From positions 10,979 through 74,978 of the forward strand of contig DUTP01000006.1 in assembly GCA_012842045.1 (NCBI GenBank): 64,000 bases of DNA. Reading direction: 5' to 3'. Below the pieces are notes generated by a model. The model ran no database searches. It worked only from the letters and a program-made list of their open reading frames with translations, and had not been told where the DNA came from. Source of the DNA: Candidatus Dojkabacteria bacterium. GTDB lineage: Bacteria > Patescibacteriota > Dojkabacteria > SC72. How positions within the stretch are numbered: position 1 is the first letter of the stretch; every line of letters begins with the position of its first letter. Positions 17,340 through 27,667 of the stretch are shown piece by piece. The position numbers and the translations under genes are program-made.

Positions 17340-18902
17340 ATGGCAAGAAGTGGTAAAAAAATACAACAGAAGAAAAAAACAAGGACGCCAATTGTTACAA
17401 TTCTTGGGCATGTTGATCATGGAAAGACCTCAATTCTTGATAAGATAAGAGAGGCAGATGTTCAAAGCTCAGAGGCTGGTGGAATAACTCAAAAGGTTTC
17501 AGTTTTTACTGTAAATATTCCTAAAACAGAACAAGAAATTACATTTGTAGATACTCCTGGTCATGAAGCTTTTGACTTAATGAGAACAAGAGGTGGAAGT
17601 ATTGCAGATATAGTTCTTTTAGTAGTTGCTGCAAATGATGGAGTTCAGCCACAAACTAAAGAATCGATAGATATAATTAAAGAATCTACAGCAAAACCAA
17701 TAGTTGTAATTAATAAGGTAGACTTACCTGATATAGACTTAGAAAAGGTTAAGCGAGAGGTTACCAATGCAGGTCTACAGTTAGAGGGTTTTGGAGGTAA
17801 TGTCCCAGTTATTGAAGTTTCAGCAAGAACAGGGAAAGGAATATTAGAACTTTTAGATTTAATACTCCTTGTTGCTGAAGTTGAAGGTTTAAGAGAAGAT
17901 ATTAAATTACCTAAAGGAGTTTTGGGTAAAGCTTTTGTTTTGGAATCAGTAAAGGATGAATTCAAAGGCAATGTTTCCTCAATTGTTTTAGTGCAGGGTA
18001 ACATCTGTGAAGGGAATTGGTTTGGATACAAGGTAAATGAAAAACTGTATATAGAAAAGATTAAAGGTTTAATCACAGAAGAAGACCAAAAACTTTGTAC
18101 TGTAGAATGTGGTTGTGGTGGTAAAGTAATAGGTCTTTCACACTTACTAGAACTAGGAACAACAGGATTTATTCTCTCTACTAACAACATTAAACTCTTA
18201 GAATCAGTAATTAAGACAAAAGAAGAAGAGGAAAAAGAAGAAACAACAGAAGAAACAGAGATGAATATAGAGGACTTTTTCTTTGGTTCTGATGTAGAGG
18301 AAGAAGGAGAGAAACTAAAAGTTATAGTTAAGAGTTCTTCAGAGGGTTCTTTAGAAGCTATTAAAAATACACTAAGTCAAATTGTAGAAGATGACTATTC
18401 TGTAGACATAGTTGATTCTGGTGTCGGTAATATTACTCTTAGAGATGTTGAATTCGCTGAACTATCTAAGGCGATAGTTCTTGGCTTTGAAGTACAGGTA
18501 GAACCTGGTGTTGCAGATTATGCGAAAAAGAAGAAAGTTTTAGTTAAAACATATGATGTTATCTATAGAATCTTTGAAGAGATAGAAGAAGCTCTAGCAG
18601 TTCTCTCTTTACCAGAAGAAACAGAGGAAGAGATAGGTAGTGCTAAAATTAAAGCGATATTCACTCTGTCTGATGGTAGCAAGGTATTAGGTAGTAAGGT
18701 AGAAAAGGGGATGATGAAGAGAGATTGTAAGGTATATATTGTTAGAGATGATGAGATTGTAGGAGAAAGTAAGATTAAAAGTCTAAGGATTAATAAAGAT
18801 CAGGTTAATGAAGTAAAAAATGGTTTTGAATGTGGCATCCAACTGTTTGAAGAAGTAGATGCAATAGAAGGTGATAGCATCTTCTGTTATAAAAAGGTTT
18901 AG
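17340..18902 (+). CDS. infB: Translation initiation factor IF-2, minimal form without the long N-terminal extension
   Basis: G-domain (ILGHVDHGKTSILD, DTPGHEAF, NKVD), domain II and the C-terminal fMet-tRNA-binding domain. 520 aa. Confidence 0.9.
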   Translation: MARSGKKIQQKKKTRTPIVTILGHVDHGKTSILDKIREADVQSSEAGGITQKVSVFTVNIPKTEQEITFVDTPGHEAFDLMRTRGGSIADIVLLVVAANDGVQPQTKESIDIIKESTAKPIVVINKVDLPDIDLEKVKREVTNAGLQLEGFGGNVPVIEVSARTGKGILELLDLILLVAEVEGLREDIKLPKGVLGKAFVLESVKDEFKGNVSSIVLVQGNICEGNWFGYKVNEKLYIEKIKGLITEEDQKLCTVECGCGGKVIGLSHLLELGTTGFILSTNNIKLLESVIKTKEEEEKEETTEETEMNIEDFFFGSDVEEEGEKLKVIVKSSSEGSLEAIKNTLSQIVEDDYSVDIVDSGVGNITLRDVEFAELSKAIVLGFEVQVEPGVADYAKKKKVLVKTYDVIYRIFEEIEEALAVLSLPEETEEEIGSAKIKAIFTLSDGSKVLGSKVEKGMMKRDCKVYIVRDDEIVGESKIKSLRINKDQVNEVKNGFECGIQLFEEVDAIEGDSIFCYKKV

Positions 18903-18968
18903 TTCTAACTACTATTTTTCTAAGAAATGGAGTATTCTTTAGGTAGATAAATTTTAATCTGCCCAATT

Positions 18969-20393
18969 ATGCAACTTCAGTATCTTAAATTAGGTGACCA
19001 AGAAGTTTTTAATGGTCAATTTCTTTTAGCTGTATATAGAATTAGAGGAAAGGAAGGTATTCCCTTAGATGATATTGCAACAGAAGTCGCTGCAGAATCT
19101 TCAACTGGTTCGAATGTAAGAATTAAAGTAGCAACTCCATATTCTGAGAGTATGAATGCTAGGGTATATAGAATAGATGAAGCAAAAAATTTAGTTTGGA
19201 TAGCTTACCCTTGGAGAATTTTCGATAGAGGAGGTAATGTTCAGAATATAATTACTTTTCTTGCTGGTAATGTCTTTGGTATGTCTTCTTTAGAAGAGTG
19301 TAAGCTTCTAGATGTGTATTTCCCACCACAAATGTTAGTTCACTATGAAGGACCAAGTTATACAATCAAAGAGATGAAAGAATATCTTAATATTGATAAT
19401 AGGCCAGTATTAGGAACTATTATAAAACCAAAGATAGGTTTAACATCATCAGAATATGCAGAACTTTGTTATGACTTCTGGAGTGGTGGTGGTGATTTTG
19501 TCAAAAATGATGAACCTCAAGCAGATCAGGACTTCGCACCATTTGATTTTATGGTTAGAGATGTTAGATATGCTATGGATAGAGTTGAAAAGGAAACAGG
19601 TAAGACAAAAGTTCACTCCTTTAATATCTCTTCTGCGGATTATGACACTATGATAGAGAGGGCTGAACTTATAAGGTCTACAATGAAACCAGGGAGTTAT
19701 GCTTTCCTAATCGATGGTATAACTGCAGGTTGGATGGCTGTACAAACAATTAGGAGAAGGTATCCTGATGTATTCTTACACTTCCATAGAGCAGGTCATG
19801 GAGCTTTTACTAGAGAAGAAACACCTTTTGGCTTTACAGTCCCTGTGCTTACTAAATTTGCTAGGCTAGCTGGTGCTTCTGGTATCCATACTGGTACGGC
19901 TGCTGTCGGTAAAATGGCCGGTTCACCTAAAGAAGATATTATGGCTGCAAATCATGCTTTAAGACTTTTTTCTAAAGGAGACTTCTTTAATCAAATATGG
20001 GCAGAGATACCAGAAAAGGATGCTGATTTAGTAAAAGCAATAGAGATGGAAGAAAAAGGAGAAGACTATGAAGATCTTGGTTTGTGGAGAATTACCAAAA
20101 AGACTTGTCCAATAATCTCAGGAGGTCTTAATCCCACTCTAATTGGTGAATTTTTAGACATAATTGGAACTCGAGACTTCATTACAACAATGGGTGGAGG
20201 TGTGCATTCTCATCCAATGGGTACTAAATCAGGAGCAACAGCCGTATTACAAGCATACGAAGCATGGGAGAAGAAAATTCCTCTTGAAGAGTATGCAAAA
20301 GAGAAAGAAGAGTTAAGGGTAGCAATTGATTTCTTTGGGAAAAAGAAAGTGCATGCTCAAAACGAATCTGATGATGACAAGGATATTCACTAG
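18969..20393 (+). CDS. rbcL: Ribulose-1,5-bisphosphate carboxylase large subunit, form II/III (archaeal/CPR-type)
   Basis: Active-site motifs are present: IIKPKIGL (KPK), GGGDFVKNDE (carbamylated Lys), LHFHRAGHGAF, MGGGVHSHP. 474 aa, no small-subunit gene adjacent. Confidence 0.85.
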   Translation: MQLQYLKLGDQEVFNGQFLLAVYRIRGKEGIPLDDIATEVAAESSTGSNVRIKVATPYSESMNARVYRIDEAKNLVWIAYPWRIFDRGGNVQNIITFLAGNVFGMSSLEECKLLDVYFPPQMLVHYEGPSYTIKEMKEYLNIDNRPVLGTIIKPKIGLTSSEYAELCYDFWSGGGDFVKNDEPQADQDFAPFDFMVRDVRYAMDRVEKETGKTKVHSFNISSADYDTMIERAELIRSTMKPGSYAFLIDGITAGWMAVQTIRRRYPDVFLHFHRAGHGAFTREETPFGFTVPVLTKFARLAGASGIHTGTAAVGKMAGSPKEDIMAANHALRLFSKGDFFNQIWAEIPEKDADLVKAIEMEEKGEDYEDLGLWRITKKTCPIISGGLNPTLIGEFLDIIGTRDFITTMGGGVHSHPMGTKSGATAVLQAYEAWEKKIPLEEYAKEKEELRVAIDFFGKKKVHAQNESDDDKDIH

Positions 20394-20411
20394 TACATAG
20401 TTTTTCTGTAC

Positions 20412-20441
20412 TTGTATATTTCTACATCTTTGTGTTACAAT
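20412..20441 (+). promoter_or_regulatory. Putative groESL promoter (TTGTAT-18-TGTTACAAT, extended -10)
   Basis: cTTGTATatttctacatctttgTGtTACAATcg immediately upstream of the CIRCE-like element. Confidence 0.4.
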
Positions 20442-20443
20442 CG

Positions 20444-20470
20444 TTAGCAATCGTTAAATTTATCTGCTAA
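20444..20470 (+). promoter_or_regulatory. CIRCE-like operator (TTAGCAATC-N9-ATCTGCTAA) abutting the groES start
   Basis: TTAGCA-N15-TGCTAA is an exact core inverted repeat. The left arm matches 8 of 9 CIRCE positions. Confidence 0.55.
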
Positions 20471-20776
20471 ATGTATATGGCAAAAGATGTCAAAATCAGA
20501 CCATTAGGTCATAGAGTATTAGTTTCTCCAGATGCATTTGAGGAAACAACAAAAGGTGGTTTACTTTTACCTCCTTCATCAGCAGATGACCAGACCCCAG
20601 AAACAGGAGTAATTGTTAAGTTGGGAGAAGGGAAAGTTGATGGTAAAGAAGTAACATTCGATGTAAAAGTTGGAGACAGAGTATACTTTAAAAAATATTC
20701 ACCAGATAAGTTGGAAATAGATGGAGAGAAGTATCTTCTCTTAGATGCAGGTGATATTTTAGCAACTATTAAATAG
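20471..20776 (+). CDS. groES: Co-chaperonin GroES
   Basis: ...[13 protein letters not shown]...GGLLLP...GVIVKLGEG...VGDRVYF... The true start is probably the second ATG (about 20477, [10 protein letters not shown]), because the first ATG touches the CIRCE arm. Confidence 0.9.
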   Translation: MYMAKDVKIRPLGHRVLVSPDAFEETTKGGLLLPPSSADDQTPETGVIVKLGEGKVDGKEVTFDVKVGDRVYFKKYSPDKLEIDGEKYLLLDAGDILATIK

Positions 20777-20811
20777 TTATTTTAGAATCTAAATTATTAT
20801 CTTTTACAAAT

Positions 20812-22440
20812 ATGGCAAAATCAATAATATATAACGAACAAGCTAGAAGAGCTTTAAAGGAAGGTGTTGACACTATTTCAGATGCAGTTAAAGTAACTCT
20901 TGGTCCTAAAGGGAGAAATATTGCAATAGCAAAATCATTTGGTTCTCAAGTTGTTACAAAAGACGGTGTTACAGTTGCAAAAGAGATAGAAGAGAAAGAT
21001 CCTTTTAAGAATGTTGGTGTGGAGATGATTAAAGAAGCATCCAGTAGAGTGAATGACTTAGCTGGAGATGGTACAACAACAGTAACAGTATTAGCACAGG
21101 CAATAGCAGGTGTTGGTTTTAAAAATGTTACTGCTGGAGCAAACCCTATTTCTCTTAAGAGGGGACTAGATAAAGCAACAGATGTTGTACTAGAAGAACT
21201 ATCAAAGAAGGCTAAAAAGATTTCAAGTAAGGAAGAAATAGCACAAGTTGCAACAATATCAACCAATAATGATTCAGATTTAGGTGAGATGATAGCAGGG
21301 GTGTTTGAGAAGGTAGGAAAAGATGGAGTTATCACAGTAGAAGAAGCTAAAGGTTTTAAAGATGAAGTTGAATATACTGAAGGTATGGAGTTTGATAATG
21401 GATATGTTAGTCCTTACTTTGTAAACAATGCAGAAACTCTAGAAGCTGTTATGGATAATCCTTACATCTTCATTACAGATAAGAAACTATCTAACTTACA
21501 AGATATTCAAGCTATTGCAGAAAAGGTATTAGGTGCTGCAGATAGACCTCTTGTTATTATTGCAGAAGAGATTGAAAATCAGGCATTAGCAACATTAGTA
21601 GTTAACAAGTTAAGAGGAACATTAGATGTTGTAGCAGTAAAAGCACCTGGTTTTGGAGATAGGAAGAAAGAGATGTTGAAGGACTTAGCAGTACTAACAG
21701 GAGCAGATTTTGTATCTGAGGAATTAGGTAAGACACTAGAGTCTGTTGATTTAATAGATTTAGGTTCTGCTAAGAAAGTCATTGTTACTAAAGAGAAAAC
21801 AATCATTGTAGAAGGTAAGGGTGAGAAAAAGAATTTAGAGGATAGAATTAAAGAGATAAAAGCTCAGATTGAGAATACTACATCTGAATATGACAAAGAA
21901 AAGTTACAAGAGAGATTAGCAAAACTTGCAGGTGGTGTTGCAGTTATCAAAGTAGGTGCAGCATCTGAAGTAGAAGCTAAGGAAAAGAAGATGAGAATAG
22001 AGGATGCTCTTAATGCAACTAGAGCTGCAATAGAAGAAGGTGTAGTAGCTGGTGGTGGTTTGGCTCTTCATAATGCGAAGAAGGTTTTGGATAAAGTTAA
22101 ATTGGAAGATGCAGAGGAGCAGTTAGGAGTAGAGATACTTAGATCTGTTCTCAGTGAACCTCTTAAGCAAATAGTTGAAAATGCTGGTGAGGATGGTGCT
22201 GTAATAGCTTCTAAATGTGAAGGTAGTACAGGATATAATGCAAAGACAGGTGAATTTGTAGATATGATTAAAGAAGGTATCATCGACCCAGTTAAAGTTA
22301 CAAGACTTGTTCTAACAAATGCAGTATCTGTTGCTTCAATGTTAATAACTACAGAAGCAGTAGTAGCAGACATCCCTGAAGAGAAAGGTCATAATCATGC
22401 AGAAGATATGAATGCAGGAGCTATTCCAGGAATGATGTAA
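20812..22440 (+). CDS. groL: Chaperonin GroEL
   Basis: [20 protein letters not shown]...[15 protein letters not shown]..., full-length 542 aa with a C-terminal Gly/Met tail. Confidence 0.95.
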   Translation: MAKSIIYNEQARRALKEGVDTISDAVKVTLGPKGRNIAIAKSFGSQVVTKDGVTVAKEIEEKDPFKNVGVEMIKEASSRVNDLAGDGTTTVTVLAQAIAGVGFKNVTAGANPISLKRGLDKATDVVLEELSKKAKKISSKEEIAQVATISTNNDSDLGEMIAGVFEKVGKDGVITVEEAKGFKDEVEYTEGMEFDNGYVSPYFVNNAETLEAVMDNPYIFITDKKLSNLQDIQAIAEKVLGAADRPLVIIAEEIENQALATLVVNKLRGTLDVVAVKAPGFGDRKKEMLKDLAVLTGADFVSEELGKTLESVDLIDLGSAKKVIVTKEKTIIVEGKGEKKNLEDRIKEIKAQIENTTSEYDKEKLQERLAKLAGGVAVIKVGAASEVEAKEKKMRIEDALNATRAAIEEGVVAGGGLALHNAKKVLDKVKLEDAEEQLGVEILRSVLSEPLKQIVENAGEDGAVIASKCEGSTGYNAKTGEFVDMIKEGIIDPVKVTRLVLTNAVSVASMLITTEAVVADIPEEKGHNHAEDMNAGAIPGMM

Positions 22441-22457
22441 GGTGAAATAAAAAGATT

Positions 22458-22485
22458 GGGGTGAGACTATCTTTAGTCTTACCCT
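22458..22485. terminator. 11-bp-stem hairpin between the convergent groEL and XRE/S24 genes. A T-tract follows on the minus strand only.
   Basis: GGGTGAGACTAtctttTAGTCTTACCC (one G-U pair). The minus-strand downstream sequence reads aatcttttTattt. Confidence 0.5.
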
Positions 22486-22487
22486 AA

Positions 22488-23009
22488 TCAAACAAACCTA
22501 ACCTCTTGAGCTAACACTTTTCCTACAAGACCAATTGTATTACCTCTATGTACAACTATCTCTAAATTTCCATCAGTGTTTGTTAAGACTTTATCACCAC
22601 TCTTTATATCAGTCTTAGAAGATACAAAGATACATCCATGGCTTCCGTCTACAATACTCATATCAACTGCAAAAACATCCATATCAATATCTTTTACCCA
22701 ATCAGGTGCAGGATAGAATGTATATGTTTTTCCTTTTACAAAATCTCCATTTTCTGGAATTGATGTAAAGAGAGGTATTCTGTTAGAACTATATATAACC
22801 TCTTGCTGGTTATCTCTTAATAAATCAGTAGGATGAATATCTAGTACATCTGCTAACTTTGTAAGCTGATTCATAGGTGAACTTTTACCAGTCTCATATC
22901 TAGAAATCATTTCCCAAGTTTTGCCAATCTTGTCACCTAACTCCCTTTGGGTAAGGTCTTTTCTAACCCTATACATTCTAATGTTTTCTCCAATGTGTTT
23001 ATTTTTCAT
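22488..23009 (-). CDS. XRE-family HTH plus peptidase S24 (LexA/CI-like) self-cleaving repressor
   Basis: N-terminal HTH_XRE (IGENIRMYRVRKDLTQRELGDKIGKTWEMISRYETGKSSP). C-terminal S24-like domain with FAVDMSIV (Ser) and a downstream Lys (IKSGDKVL). The stop codon is TGA. Confidence 0.6.
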   Translation of the reverse strand: MKNKHIGENIRMYRVRKDLTQRELGDKIGKTWEMISRYETGKSSPMNQLTKLADVLDIHPTDLLRDNQQEVIYSSNRIPLFTSIPENGDFVKGKTYTFYPAPDWVKDIDMDVFAVDMSIVDGSHGCIFVSSKTDIKSGDKVLTNTDGNLEIVVHRGNTIGLVGKVLAQEVRFV

Positions 23010-23253
23010 ATATATAGATTTTAATTACATATATAAATTGTTGGAATAGAGGGTTGTTTCTCAAATATGAAATATTGTTTCGCATTGTAATCGTTCTGTA
23101 AGAAATTAGTGATATTCTCTAAATATGGAAAATGACAAAATAAAAGAAAAAATATTTTTAATACAGAAGTATTTTAAAATTATGAAAGAGTCTTCTCTTA
23201 CTAATCAGTGGGAGTTATACAGAGTTGCACACAAAGCAATGTTAGAAGAAAGT

Positions 23254-23730
23254 TTAAAGTTGCAAAAACTTCTTTCTAAGAACAATCTTTAACCAATTAT
23301 CTTTCAACCACTGCTCTGACTTTTGTTGCTCATCTAGTAAACCTCTCAAAGCAAGCTCTTTATTCACAATATTACCTTGATGAGGCTTATCAAACTTTTT
23401 TGTTAGTGGAGATTGAAATCCATGAGCATAGTGGCATAGTTCATGTGCGATTGTTGCTCTTAGTACAAACTCAGGAATAACATCATGTTGAAAAAATCTA
23501 GTAAGTGTTATTACTGTAATACTCTTATCATCCTGTACTTCATACTCATCCATCTTATTCTTCAATAAACTCTTTATCTTCGTTCTCTTATTTGCTAGTT
23601 TAATACTTCCTAACTGTCTTGTTGAATATTTTCCAAACTTAATTAAAACAAGATTCTTTCTGGGTATATCTGGAAAATGGTTCTCCCAAAGATCGTACAA
23701 TATATTTTCTAAAAATTCTTCATCTCTCAT
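23254..23730 (-). CDS. Putative zinc metallopeptidase, ImmA/IrrE (M78)-like or SprT-like
   Basis: Single HExxH motif in the context RATIAHELCHYAHGF, which resembles the M78 consensus (..laHElgHlllh). 158 aa, no TM. Confidence 0.45.
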   Translation of the reverse strand: MRDEEFLENILYDLWENHFPDIPRKNLVLIKFGKYSTRQLGSIKLANKRTKIKSLLKNKMDEYEVQDDKSITVITLTRFFQHDVIPEFVLRATIAHELCHYAHGFQSPLTKKFDKPHQGNIVNKELALRGLLDEQQKSEQWLKDNWLKIVLRKKFLQL

Positions 23731-23748
23731 TCATTCTTCCTCTTTCTC

Positions 23749-25584
23749 ATGCTATTATATCTTATAATGGATACGAAAAAAGGAAAGCAATTTAAGACAT
23801 TACTAAAAGTTCTCAAATTTATTTATGGCAACTATACTGTACTTGCAGTCTCTAGAGATTTTCTCTTTCTCTTTAGTACAGCCGCCGAAATCTATGGAAT
23901 CTCTGTATTAGGTAAATTCATAGATGCCACTACTAAGATACTTTTAGAATGGAACTCTTTTGATTTTAAGAGTTTCCTTACAAGTGATTCTTTTAAATAT
24001 CTCTTTTTAATATTTATCCTTTGGGCTGTCACTCATATATGTAATCAAATAAGAGGGTATCTCTATGTTGTGATATATGAAAAAACTTGGAGTACTACTC
24101 AATCAATGATAATTGGCAAAGTTGCAAACTCTAATCTTCAGGATGTTGAGAAAAAGGATTTTCAAGATAAAGTGGCTTTTGCTCCTGCATATTCGATTGA
24201 AAGGATAATAGATGTTTATGACAACTTCTCTGTGTTAATAAGTAATACCGTTAGGTTAATATCTGCTTTTGTATTGATAACTCAAAGTGTTGGTGTCTCT
24301 GCCCTGCTTCTTGCTCTTTTTGTATTGCCTGAAGCTTTTTTCATTCATGGTGAGAGAAGGGATATAAAGGAGTTTAGAGACAATTCTATTGGAAAACTAA
24401 GGTTTCTTGCATATGTACAAGATCTTGCTTTAACAATTTCAAACTTTTTGGAATTAAGAGTAAATAATATATTTTCTTTTCTTAAGAGAAGATACGATGA
24501 GGAGTATGACGAATATCTAAATAAGTATTTCATTGGACAATACAGTTTTTTCAAAAGCAGAGCTGGTTTAGGTGTTTTTAGTCAATTTTTGAAATATATC
24601 TATGTAGTATATGTACTAGCAATTTCTGTTCTTAAAAAATATTCCTTTGGTCAGTTTAAAGCACTTTTTGATTATGTAGATGTAGCATTTAATAGTACAT
24701 CCAAAATTACTGACTCTGTATCAATAATCATTATCAATCTCGAATACATTGATGAGTTTTTTGATTTGATAGAGTATGAAGGTTTTGGAGATAGGTATCA
24801 GGGTAAGATTAAACTAGGGAAAAACACGCCACTACTTGAGTTTAAGAACTTAAATTTTGCATATCCAGATGACCCTTCTGTTACAGTTCTGAAAAATATA
24901 AGCATGAAAGTAGAACCGGGAGAGAAAATTGCAATCTTAGGTTCTGATGGCTCTGGTAAGAGTACTTTGGTGAAAATTCTTACAGGCTTGTATGGTGTAG
25001 TTGATGGGGGATATTTCTTGGATGGGAATAGTACAAGAGAATTGGCAAGAGGGGAATTGAAAAAAAAGATAGCAGTAGTACTTCAAGAATTCATAGATTA
25101 TCACTTTAGTTTGAAAGAAAATATTGTAATTTCAGGACAGAGGAAAAATGTTGATAATGCTTTGTATGCGAATGTTTCTAAAATTGCTCAGGTCGACAGA
25201 TTCAAGAAGAGTGTTGGTTTAGATGATGCCTCTTTGTTAGGTAAAACTTTTGCCTCTGGAAAGGAACTCTCTCCTGGTTATTGGCAAAGATTGGCTATTA
25301 GTAGGATGCTTTACAGAAACAGACAATTATTCATTATGGATGAACCTTTTACATATATAGATGATGTCTCTGCAGAGAGAATATTAGATGGTATATTAAA
25401 ATTCTTAGGAGAGGAGAGGTCGCTAATATATATTACAAGAAGTATCAGGATGTTGAAGAAGTTTGATAGGATATATTATCTGCATAAGGGTAGTATTGTT
25501 GAATCTGGTAGTTGGGAAGAATTAATAAAAAAGAAAGGTAAGTTGTACAAAGAGTTTTTGTTACAAGATGAATCTATAGAATAA
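23749..25584 (+). CDS. ABC transporter, fused permease/ATP-binding protein (exporter type)
   Basis: N-terminal multi-TM domain. Walker A (LGSDGSGKST), signature-like (LSPGYWQRLAISR), Walker B (LFIMDEPFTYID). Confidence 0.8.
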   Translation: MLLYLIMDTKKGKQFKTLLKVLKFIYGNYTVLAVSRDFLFLFSTAAEIYGISVLGKFIDATTKILLEWNSFDFKSFLTSDSFKYLFLIFILWAVTHICNQIRGYLYVVIYEKTWSTTQSMIIGKVANSNLQDVEKKDFQDKVAFAPAYSIERIIDVYDNFSVLISNTVRLISAFVLITQSVGVSALLLALFVLPEAFFIHGERRDIKEFRDNSIGKLRFLAYVQDLALTISNFLELRVNNIFSFLKRRYDEEYDEYLNKYFIGQYSFFKSRAGLGVFSQFLKYIYVVYVLAISVLKKYSFGQFKALFDYVDVAFNSTSKITDSVSIIIINLEYIDEFFDLIEYEGFGDRYQGKIKLGKNTPLLEFKNLNFAYPDDPSVTVLKNISMKVEPGEKIAILGSDGSGKSTLVKILTGLYGVVDGGYFLDGNSTRELARGELKKKIAVVLQEFIDYHFSLKENIVISGQRKNVDNALYANVSKIAQVDRFKKSVGLDDASLLGKTFASGKELSPGYWQRLAISRMLYRNRQLFIMDEPFTYIDDVSAERILDGILKFLGEERSLIYITRSIRMLKKFDRIYYLHKGSIVESGSWEELIKKKGKLYKEFLLQDESIE

Positions 25585-25601
25585 TTGGAATATAATAAAG
25601 C

Positions 25602-26459
25602 ATGGAAATATTAAATGGAAAAGAGGTTGCGCAGAAGATTTTAGATAGTATTGCTTCAGAAGTAAGTATTTTGAGGCAACAGGGAAAAAGAATTCCAAGA
25701 ATAGATATGATTTTGGTCGGTACTGATTATGCTAGTCAAAAATATGTAAGATTTAAAGAGGTTGTTGCTAAGGAAATTGGGGTTATGGGTTGGGTGCATC
25801 GTATGCCAGAGAGTGTAAATACTTTGGATATAGTTAGCTTAGTTGACACTTTAAATAAGGATAGAACAGTAGATGGCTTTATGATCCAACTTCCACTTCC
25901 TTCTCATGTTGATAAGTCATTAATTCTAAGAACAATAGATCCCAAAAAGGATGTTGATGGTCTTACCCCAACTAATCTAGGGAAACTTTTTCAAAAAGAC
26001 GGTCTAGCTATTCCTCCTGCTACACCATTGGGTATTTTGAAGTTGTTAGATGCATATAATATAAGTTTGTTAGGAAAAAGGGTTGTAATTTTGGGTGCAA
26101 GTACCATTGTAGGTAAACCTCTTGCTGCTATGATGTTGGAGAGAAATGCTACTGTAACTATATGTAATTCGAAAACAGTTGAGATTGCAGATGTTGCTAG
26201 AGAAGCGGATATTCTAGTTAGTGCGACAGGAAAGCCTCTGTTTGTAAAAGGAGATTTTCTAAAAAAAGATTGTATTGTAATTGATGTGGGTTCGAATAAA
26301 CATCCTGAGACTGGTAAATTAGTAGGGGATGTTGATTGGGAATCTGTAAAGGGTATACCTTCTTACATCACACCCGTACCTGGTGGTGTTGGCCCAATGA
26401 CTTTAGCTTGCTTGATGCTTAATTTAATGCATTGTTATAAAAATGAAGGGGAAAAATAG
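25602..26459 (+). CDS. folD: Bifunctional methylene-THF dehydrogenase/methenyl-THF cyclohydrolase
   Basis: [57 protein letters not shown]. Confidence 0.9.
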   Translation: MEILNGKEVAQKILDSIASEVSILRQQGKRIPRIDMILVGTDYASQKYVRFKEVVAKEIGVMGWVHRMPESVNTLDIVSLVDTLNKDRTVDGFMIQLPLPSHVDKSLILRTIDPKKDVDGLTPTNLGKLFQKDGLAIPPATPLGILKLLDAYNISLLGKRVVILGASTIVGKPLAAMMLERNATVTICNSKTVEIADVAREADILVSATGKPLFVKGDFLKKDCIVIDVGSNKHPETGKLVGDVDWESVKGIPSYITPVPGGVGPMTLACLMLNLMHCYKNEGEK

Positions 26460-27666
26460 TGTAAAAGACTTAATTGAGGAAGAGAAGAAGAGGCAGAAGG
26501 GTGGTTTGGAGTTGATAGCTTCGGAGAACTATGTTTCTGAGGATGTCTTGGAATGTATGGGTTCTATTCTTACTAATAAATATTCAGAAGGTTATCCTGG
26601 TAAAAGGTATTACAATGGGAATGAATATATTGATCAGATAGAGCTTTTAGCTATTTCAAGAGCTAAGGAACTTTTTGGTGCTGAACATGTTAATGTTCAA
26701 CCTTACTCTGGTTCTCCTGCTAATTTAGCAGTTCATTTTGCTCTTTTAGAAGCTGGTGATAGAACTTTAGGAATGTCTTTAGATGCAGGTGGGCATTTGA
26801 CACATGGTTTTAAGGTTTCAATTTCAGGTAAGTATTATGATTCTGCTAATTATGGTTTAGATGATAAGGGATATATTGATTATGATGCTGTTTTGCGAAT
26901 AGCGAAGGAACATAAACCAAAGTTGATTTGGGCTGGTTTTTCTGCATATTCTAGAATTGTAGATTGGAAGAGATTTAGAGAAATAGCTGATGAGGTTGGT
27001 GCGTATTTTGTTGCTGATATTGCTCATGTTGCAGGTTTGGTAGCTGGTGGTGTTTATCCTTCTCCTGTACCCTTTGCAGATGTTGTTACAACAACTACAC
27101 ATAAGACATTGAGAGGTCCTAGAGGTGCAATGATTCTATGTAAAGAGGATTTTGCTCAGAGAATAGATAAAGCTGTTTTTCCTGGATTACAAGGAGGTCC
27201 GCATAATCATACTATTGCAGGTATAGCTACTGCTCTTGGTGAGGCAAGTACTGATGAGTTTAAAGATTATGCAAAGCAGGTTGTAAAAAATGCTCAAGTG
27301 TTATCTGAAGAGTTAAAGAAATATGGCTATGATATAGTATCAGGAGGTACAGACAATCATCTTTTCTTAATGGATGTAACTTCTGCAGGTTTATCTGGAG
27401 GGGAGGCTGGAAATCTTTTAGAAAAAGCTAATATTACTGTAAACAAGAATGCTATTCCTAATGATACAAGGAAACCTTGGGATCCATCTGGGATTAGAAT
27501 TGGAACTCCTGCTTTAACAACTAGAGGTATGAAGGAGGATGAGATGGTAAAAGTAGCTGAATATATTAACTCTGTACTTAGGAGTAAGGGAGAAGATGAG
27601 GTTCAGAAGATTAAAAAAGAAGTTGAGTCTTTTGCAAATAAATTTAAAATACCTGGAATAAAATAA
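26443..27666 (+). CDS. glyA: Serine hydroxymethyltransferase
   Basis: [20 protein letters not shown]...[17 protein letters not shown]...[14 protein letters not shown] (PLP Lys). Overlaps the folD end by 17 nt. Confidence 0.95.
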   Translation: MKGKNSVKDLIEEEKKRQKGGLELIASENYVSEDVLECMGSILTNKYSEGYPGKRYYNGNEYIDQIELLAISRAKELFGAEHVNVQPYSGSPANLAVHFALLEAGDRTLGMSLDAGGHLTHGFKVSISGKYYDSANYGLDDKGYIDYDAVLRIAKEHKPKLIWAGFSAYSRIVDWKRFREIADEVGAYFVADIAHVAGLVAGGVYPSPVPFADVVTTTTHKTLRGPRGAMILCKEDFAQRIDKAVFPGLQGGPHNHTIAGIATALGEASTDEFKDYAKQVVKNAQVLSEELKKYGYDIVSGGTDNHLFLMDVTSAGLSGGEAGNLLEKANITVNKNAIPNDTRKPWDPSGIRIGTPALTTRGMKEDEMVKVAEYINSVLRSKGEDEVQKIKKEVESFANKFKIPGIK

Positions 27667-27667
27667 T

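Noticed and set aside
17645-18190. 181-aa minus-strand ORF inside infB; likewise 38525-39154 (+) inside the SBP gene and 48795-49382 (-) inside the giant gene
   Set aside because: Each is antisense to a conserved or much longer gene, with no recognisable domains. The 48795-49382 ORF is used only as a hint of locally atypical, stop-poor composition.
20431-20460. Direct repeat CAATCGTTA x2 upstream of groES, and TGTAATCGTT upstream of the XRE/S24 gene (about 23086), as a possible shared operator of the LexA-like repressor
   Set aside because: The groES copy is better explained as the left arm and spacer of a CIRCE-like inverted repeat (TTAGCA-N15-TGCTAA). A single 7-mer is not significant in AT-rich DNA.
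23126-23293. 55-aa + strand ORF in the spacer between the XRE/S24 gene and the metalloprotease gene
   Set aside because: It overlaps the 3' end of the minus-strand metalloprotease gene and is unsupported by any motif. It is kept only as a note, not a feature.
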